From: Actinomycetota bacterium
Lineage (GTDB): Bacteria > Actinomycetota > UBA4738 > HRBIN12
Direction: 5' to 3'
Assembly: GCA_036390995.1 (NCBI GenBank)
Contig: DASWAT010000064.1
Location: forward strand, 18,282 to 82,281
Length of the DNA: 64,000 bases
Shown here: one piece after another, positions 59,121 to 64,000 of the stretch
Position numbering within the stretch: the stretch's first letter is position 1
Layout of the letters: the number at the start of each line of letters is the position of its first letter
The notes under the pieces: generated by a model
Seen by the model: the letters and a program-made list of their open reading frames with translations, nothing else
Database searches by the model: none
What the model was told of the DNA's origin: nothing
Translations under genes and position numbers: made by a program

Positions 59121-60709
59121 GACTTCTTCAGGTCGGCCAGGATCTCGCGCACGGCGTTCGCGCCCGGAGCCCCCGTCACGCCGCCTCCCGGATGGGCCCC
59201 CGAGCCGCACAGGTACAGCCCCTCGATCCCGAACCGGTACCGCGCGTGTCCCAGCAGCGGCCGCCAGGCGAAGAACTGGTCCAGGCCGGGCTCGGCGTGC
59301 AACGGATGGCCCTGCGGGAGGCCGTACTCGGCTTCGAGGTCGACCGGGGTGAGCACCTGCGTAGCGGTGACGAGCTTGGAGAACCCCGGCGCGTACCGCT
59401 CGAGCGTGTCGATCACCAGATCGCCTACCCGCTTGCCCTCGGCCTTCCAGTCGCCGTCGCGCAGCGCGTGGGGCGTCCACTGGACGATCACGCTCGCCAC
59501 GTGGGTGCCCTCGGGCGCGAGCGACGGATCCGACAGCGAGGGGATCGTCACCTCGAGGAACGGCTCCTCGCTGATCCGCCCGTACTTCGACGCGTCGAAC
59601 GCCCTCTCCACGTAGTCGACGCTCGGCGCGATCAAGATCCGGCCCTTCAGGCGATCCGGATCGTCCGCCCCCGCGAACACCGGGAGCTCCGACAACGCGA
59701 GGTTCACCTTCGAGACCACGCCGGGCGTGCGGATGTTCTTCGCCCGCCACACCAGATGTGGACCCAGCACCACGGGATCCACGAGCTTGGTGAGCGTCCG
59801 CTTCGGGTCGGCGTTCGAGATCACGGCCGTCGCCCGGAGCTCCTCGCCGGAGCCCAGAGCAACGCCCACCGCGCGGTGGTCCTCCGTGAGGACCTGGGCC
59901 ACCTCGGCGCCGGTGCGGATCTCCGCCCCGAACGAGCGCGCCGCCTCGGCCAGGGCCTCGGCCAGCGCGCCGGGCCCGCCCCTGGCGAACGTCGACTGCC
60001 CGGCCGCCCCGCCGTCGTTGCCGGCGGAGTCCGAGAGCAGGACGAAGGCCGTACCGGCGGACCACGGTCCCATCGCCGCGTACAGCACGGCGCGCGACGC
60101 GATCGCGCCACGGACGGCGTCGGTCTCGAAGCTCTCGGCCACCAGGTCGGCCACCGCCATCGGCAGGACGCGGGTGGTCTCCCGCGCCGCCTTCTTGCCG
60201 AGGTCGCGGAACGCCCTGCCGGCGCGAAGCCCGGTGAGCAGGTCGGCGAACGTCAGGTGCTTCACGTCGGGCGGTGTGGCCGCGTTGAGGTACGCGAGGA
60301 AGCTCGCGACGGAGCGCACGCGCCTGTCGAACCCCGGATACGCGTCGGCGTCGTGCGTCGACCGGGAGCGCAGCTCCTGCGCCGTGCGCACGGGGTCGGC
60401 CCACAGCGTGAGCGCCGAACCATCCGGCTGCGGCGCGAACACGCGGATCGCCGGCTCGATCGGCGTGAATCCGTGGCGGGTCAAGCCGAGGTCGCGAACG
60501 ACCGAGGCGCGCAGGCGCCCCACCGTGTGGGCCACCCCCGGCGCCCTCACGCCCGGTGCGAGCTCGACCGTGTCGAGCACTCCACCGACCCGGTCGCGAC
60601 GCTCGAGCACCAGGACCCGCCGGCCCGCCTTCGCCAGGTAGCCGGCGGCGACCAGCCCGTTGTGGCCGCCGCCGATCATGATCGCGTCGTACCGGGTCTG
60701 CGCCATCAT
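59117..60709 (-). CDS. Phytoene-desaturase-family (CrtI-like) NAD(P)/FAD-dependent oxidoreductase
   Basis: ATG 60709 overlaps the upstream TGA (ATGA). N-terminal dinucleotide fold YDAIMIGGGHNGLVAAGYLAKAG. C-terminal GSGAHPGGGVTGAPG. Confidence 0.8.
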   Translation of the reverse strand: MMAQTRYDAIMIGGGHNGLVAAGYLAKAGRRVLVLERRDRVGGVLDTVELAPGVRAPGVAHTVGRLRASVVRDLGLTRHGFTPIEPAIRVFAPQPDGSALTLWADPVRTAQELRSRSTHDADAYPGFDRRVRSVASFLAYLNAATPPDVKHLTFADLLTGLRAGRAFRDLGKKAARETTRVLPMAVADLVAESFETDAVRGAIASRAVLYAAMGPWSAGTAFVLLSDSAGNDGGAAGQSTFARGGPGALAEALAEAARSFGAEIRTGAEVAQVLTEDHRAVGVALGSGEELRATAVISNADPKRTLTKLVDPVVLGPHLVWRAKNIRTPGVVSKVNLALSELPVFAGADDPDRLKGRILIAPSVDYVERAFDASKYGRISEEPFLEVTIPSLSDPSLAPEGTHVASVIVQWTPHALRDGDWKAEGKRVGDLVIDTLERYAPGFSKLVTATQVLTPVDLEAEYGLPQGHPLHAEPGLDQFFAWRPLLGHARYRFGIEGLYLCGSGAHPGGGVTGAPGANAVREILADLKKS

Positions 60710-62304
60710 GCCACCGCCCTCCGGCTCGACCCCTTCAGGACCTCCAGCGCGGCCAGACGGCCGGGCGCGCCCATGATGCCGCCGCCCGGATGCGCGGCCG
60801 AGCCGCAGATCCACAGGTCCTTGATCGGCGTCCGATACCTCGCCCAGCCCGGCACCGGACGGTTGAAGAACAGCTGCTCCAGCGAGAGCTCGCCCTGAAA
60901 GATGTTGCCCTCCGTGAGTCCCGTCATCTCCTCGATGTCGAGCGGCGTGAGGAACTGCTTGTGGAGGATGTGGTCGCGGATCTTCGGGAACCGCTCCTCG
61001 AGCGTGTCGATGACGGTCTCGCCGAACCGCTCCCGCATCTGGTCGTCCCACACCCTGCCGTCGGCCAGGTGGTACGGCGCGTACTGCACGAAGCAGCTCA
61101 CGATGTGCTTGCCGGGCGGGGCCATCGACGGGTCCACGAGCGTGGGGATGATCATGTCGACGTACGGGCGCGAGCTGAACATGCCGTACTTCGCCTCGTC
61201 GTACGCCCGCTCCATGTAGTCCACCCCGGGCGAGAAGCTGATCGCGCCGCGCAGCCATTCCCCCTTCCCGGGCTTGCACGCGAGCTCGGGAAGCCCGTCG
61301 AGCGCGAGGTTCACCTTGCCCGAGGAGCCACGGTACTTGTAGCGCTTGACCTCGCGCAGGAAGTCGTCGTCGAGGTGCACGGGATCCATGAGCTTCACGA
61401 AGGTCCAGTTCGAGTCCAGGCTCGACAGCACGACATCGGCCTCGATCTCCTCCCCGGACTCGAGCGTGACGCCGGTGGCGCGCCCGTTCCGCACGTCGAT
61501 CCGGGCGACGGGAGCCTCCATCCGGATCTCGGCCCCCAGCGCGCGGGCGGCGCTGCCGATGGCCTCCGAGATCCCCCCGGTGCCGCCCTTCGGCACGCCC
61601 CAGGCGCGGAAGGCGCCGTCGATCTCGCCCATGTAATGGTGGAGGAGCACATACGCGGTGCCGGGCGACTGGATGCCCTGGTACGTGCCGATGATGCCCG
61701 AGGCCGACATGGTCGCGATCAGCGGGTCGGTCTCGAACCACTGGCGGAGGAAGTCCGTGGCGCTCATCGTCATGAGCTGGACGAACGTGGACTGCAGACG
61801 CGGCGACAGGTTGCGGAAGCTCTTCGCCAGCGGCACGAGCGGTGTCCAGTCGAACGGGTTCATCGTTCCGGGGTCCGGAGGCACGACCGACAGGATCGGC
61901 TTGATGAACCGAGCCATGTCGACCATCAGCTGCCCGTACTCCTCGTAGGCCTCGGCGTCGCTCTTCGACCACCGGCGCAGCTCTCGGATGGTCTTCCCGT
62001 GGTCGTTCACGCGCCACAGGTGGTCGTCGTCCAGCGGGGTGATCGTGCCGTCCAGTGGCAGGATCTCCAGGCCGTGGGACGGGAGGTTCAGCTCGCGGAT
62101 GATCTCGGGCCGGAGCAGCGACACCACGTAGGAGAACTCCGAGAAGCGGAAGCCGGGGAAGACCTCCTCGGTGACGGCGGCGCCGCCCAGCACGTGGCGT
62201 CGTTCGAGCACGAGGACCGTGCGGCCCGCGCGGGCCAGGTAGGCCGCCGCGGTGAGGCCGTTGTGGCCTCCGCCGATCACCACCGCGTCGTAGCGATGTG
62301 CCAC
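60706..62304 (-). CDS. Phytoene-desaturase-family (CrtI-like) NAD(P)/FAD-dependent oxidoreductase (tandem paralog)
   Basis: N-terminal YDAVVIGGGHNGLTAAAYLARAG. C-terminal GSAAHPGGGIMGAPG. Confidence 0.8.
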   Translation of the reverse strand: MAHRYDAVVIGGGHNGLTAAAYLARAGRTVLVLERRHVLGGAAVTEEVFPGFRFSEFSYVVSLLRPEIIRELNLPSHGLEILPLDGTITPLDDDHLWRVNDHGKTIRELRRWSKSDAEAYEEYGQLMVDMARFIKPILSVVPPDPGTMNPFDWTPLVPLAKSFRNLSPRLQSTFVQLMTMSATDFLRQWFETDPLIATMSASGIIGTYQGIQSPGTAYVLLHHYMGEIDGAFRAWGVPKGGTGGISEAIGSAARALGAEIRMEAPVARIDVRNGRATGVTLESGEEIEADVVLSSLDSNWTFVKLMDPVHLDDDFLREVKRYKYRGSSGKVNLALDGLPELACKPGKGEWLRGAISFSPGVDYMERAYDEAKYGMFSSRPYVDMIIPTLVDPSMAPPGKHIVSCFVQYAPYHLADGRVWDDQMRERFGETVIDTLEERFPKIRDHILHKQFLTPLDIEEMTGLTEGNIFQGELSLEQLFFNRPVPGWARYRTPIKDLWICGSAAHPGGGIMGAPGRLAALEVLKGSSRRAVA

Positions 62305-62512
62305 CGCTCCCTCCTCCCATCCGTGGACCGGGGACCGCTACGTCAACGCGGTCCCGCGCCGACACGCCGACGCCATGCTAGGCCGGGCAACCCCCGCCGA
62401 CCATCGGGGCCTTGACCACAGGTCAGAGGGAGCGCCCCAACCGAGGGGTCGGGCGGGTTCGGCCGCGTGCATACTCTACGCAGGCACTCCACGCGGTCGA
62501 GAGGAGGGCGTC

Positions 62513-63703
62513 GTGAGCGTCGGCACCGCGTTCCATCCGCGAACCTCGCAGCTCAATCAGAAGATGTCCTGGGGGGAATGGTCCGGCTACTTCTCGGCCC
62601 AGGTCTACGCCGACTTCCACGACATCGAGTACAACGCCATCCGCGAGGCGGCTGCGCTCATCGACGTGAGCCCGCTCTACAAGTACGTGGTCTCCGGCCC
62701 CGATGCCACGAGGCTCGTCGACCGCGTGATGACCCGTGACGCGTCCAAGCTGGCCCTCGACCAGGTGATGTACACCCCGTGGTGCGACGAGCGGGGCAAG
62801 GTGATCGACGACGGCACGGTGACGCGGCGCAAGGACCAGGAGTACTTCTGGACGGCCGCGGATCCGTCCTACCGGTGGTTCACGCTGAACGCCCACGGGC
62901 TCGACGTCCGGATCGACGACGTCTCCGAGAAGGTCGCGGGGCTGGCGCTCCAGGGCCAGAAGTCGCGTGACGTCCTGGAGGCCGTCACGCGGCAGGACTG
63001 GAAGGACGTGCGGTACTTCCGGCACCGCCGGACCGAGATCGGCGGCATCGAGGTGAGCGTGACGCGCACCGGCTACACCGGCGACCTCGGCTACGAGCTG
63101 TGGGTCGACGCGGAGGCAGCGGTGGAGGTGTGGGACGCCGTCTGGGAGGCCGGCGAGGCCTTCGGGGTGCGGCCCGCGGGGATCCATGCCCTCGACGTCT
63201 CGCGCGTGGAGGCGGGGCTCGTCCTCATCGAGGCCGACTACACGAGCGCCCGGCACGCCATCAGCGCGGAGCAGGAGTACTCGCCGTTCGAGATCTCGCT
63301 CGGGCGCCTCGTGGACTTCGGCAAGGCCGACTTCGTGGGCAAGCGCGCGCTCGAGATGGAGCAGGCCGATGGCGGGCCGGCTCGGCGTCTGGTGGGCCTC
63401 GAGCTGGACTGGAACGGGATCGAGGCGCTCTTCGCCAAGCACGACCAGCCGCCCGCCGTGTCGGCCTTCGTCCACCGCGATCCAGTGCCCGTCTTCAAAC
63501 AGGGGCGGCGCATCGGCCGGGCCACGAGCATCGTGTGGGGGCCCACCATCAAGAAGATGGTCGGCTTCGGCTCGGTGCCGCCGTCGAGCGCCGCGCCGGG
63601 CTCTCGCCTCTCGGTGGAGTGGACCGTCGAGGGCGAGCGCGGCAAGGTCGGCGCCACGGTCGTCGAGCTCCCGTTCCTCGACCTCCCTCGCAAGCGCCGG
63701 TAG
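62513..63703 (+). CDS. Aminomethyltransferase (GcvT/DmdA-like folate-binding) family protein
   Basis: GTG 62513 after a GAGGAGGG RBS. GcvT-fold blocks (DVSPLYKYVVSGPDA, RTGYTGDLGYELWV). Confidence 0.7.
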   Translation: MSVGTAFHPRTSQLNQKMSWGEWSGYFSAQVYADFHDIEYNAIREAAALIDVSPLYKYVVSGPDATRLVDRVMTRDASKLALDQVMYTPWCDERGKVIDDGTVTRRKDQEYFWTAADPSYRWFTLNAHGLDVRIDDVSEKVAGLALQGQKSRDVLEAVTRQDWKDVRYFRHRRTEIGGIEVSVTRTGYTGDLGYELWVDAEAAVEVWDAVWEAGEAFGVRPAGIHALDVSRVEAGLVLIEADYTSARHAISAEQEYSPFEISLGRLVDFGKADFVGKRALEMEQADGGPARRLVGLELDWNGIEALFAKHDQPPAVSAFVHRDPVPVFKQGRRIGRATSIVWGPTIKKMVGFGSVPPSSAAPGSRLSVEWTVEGERGKVGATVVELPFLDLPRKRR

Positions 63704-63750
63704 CCTGGCCCGGGCGCGCAGCCCTCGATCGTCTGGGAGAATAGGTAGAC

Positions 63751-64000
63751 GTGCGTTCGTCCTCCGCCCGTATCCTCGTCCTGCTCACCCTGGCCTGTGG
63801 CGTGGCCGCCCTGGTCGTGTCCTTCGAGAGTGGGCTCGTGGCGGCGCTCGCCACCGGCGTGCTGGTGCTGGCCGCCGTGCTCGTCGTGGCCCGGACGCGT
63901 CCGGAGACCGAGGGCCCGCCGAACCCCGGCCGAAGGCGGTTCCTCGGCGTGATGGGCCTGGCCGGCTTCGGCCTGATCGCCGGCGGTGCCGGCGCCGGGC
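63751..64000 (+). CDS. Partial ORF (runs off window): membrane/Tat-signal protein
   Basis: GTG 63751. A hydrophobic stretch, then RRRFLGVMGLAGFGLIAGGAGA resembling a twin-arginine signal. Truncated by the window end. Confidence 0.3.
   Translation, partial: MRSSSARILVLLTLACGVAALVVSFESGLVAALATGVLVLAAVLVVARTRPETEGPPNPGRRRFLGVMGLAGFGLIAGGAGAG

Noticed and set aside
57270-60404. 1044-aa minus-strand ORF and 828-aa plus-strand ORF (58412..60898)
   Set aside because: They overlap the well-supported heliorhodopsin, GNAT and FAD-oxidoreductase genes in wrong frames or orientation. The composition is Arg/Gly/Pro-rich.

Overview
This is a high-GC (about 70–72%) actinobacterial chromosomal segment that is densely coding on both strands. 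Genes are often translationally coupled through 4-nt ATGA/GTGA overlaps, and many long antisense ORFs in the six-frame track are typical high-GC artefacts. I found no rRNA, tRNA or CRISPR.

Housekeeping and metabolic genes:
- Lon protease, a UvrD-type helicase, an Fpg/Nei glycosylase, Tag glycosylase and adenosine deaminase.
- Two PLP decarboxylases and two class-III aminotransferase paralogs.
- A D-aminoacylase and an acyl-CoA synthetase.
- Three ABC exporter operons and an MFS pump.

Systems worth attention:
1. A heliorhodopsin gene sits directly upstream of, and co-oriented with, a MoxR AAA+ / DUF58 / transglutaminase-DUF4129 operon. It is flanked by a GNAT gene and tandem CrtI-like FAD oxidoreductases. 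A second MoxR/DUF58/DUF4129 operon lies elsewhere in the window.
2. An Xre(DUF2384)–RES toxin–antitoxin pair lies next to tag. It is followed by three direct repeats of the tag 3' end that bound two low-GC cargo islets encoding secreted proteins. No integrase is present.
3. A cAMP-signalling cluster: a LAL-type LuxR regulator operonic with a 3Fe-4S-ferredoxin::class-III cyclase fusion, a membrane-anchored cyclase, and a zinc-ribbon–cyclase–ATPase–TPR giant protein.
4. A small XRE-HTH + nucleotidyltransferase-fold two-gene module with a palindromic operator.
5. A CDGSH Fe-S protein heading an ABC-2 exporter operon whose last permease is frameshifted.

All functional assignments rest on motif and architecture recognition by eye; no database searches were run.
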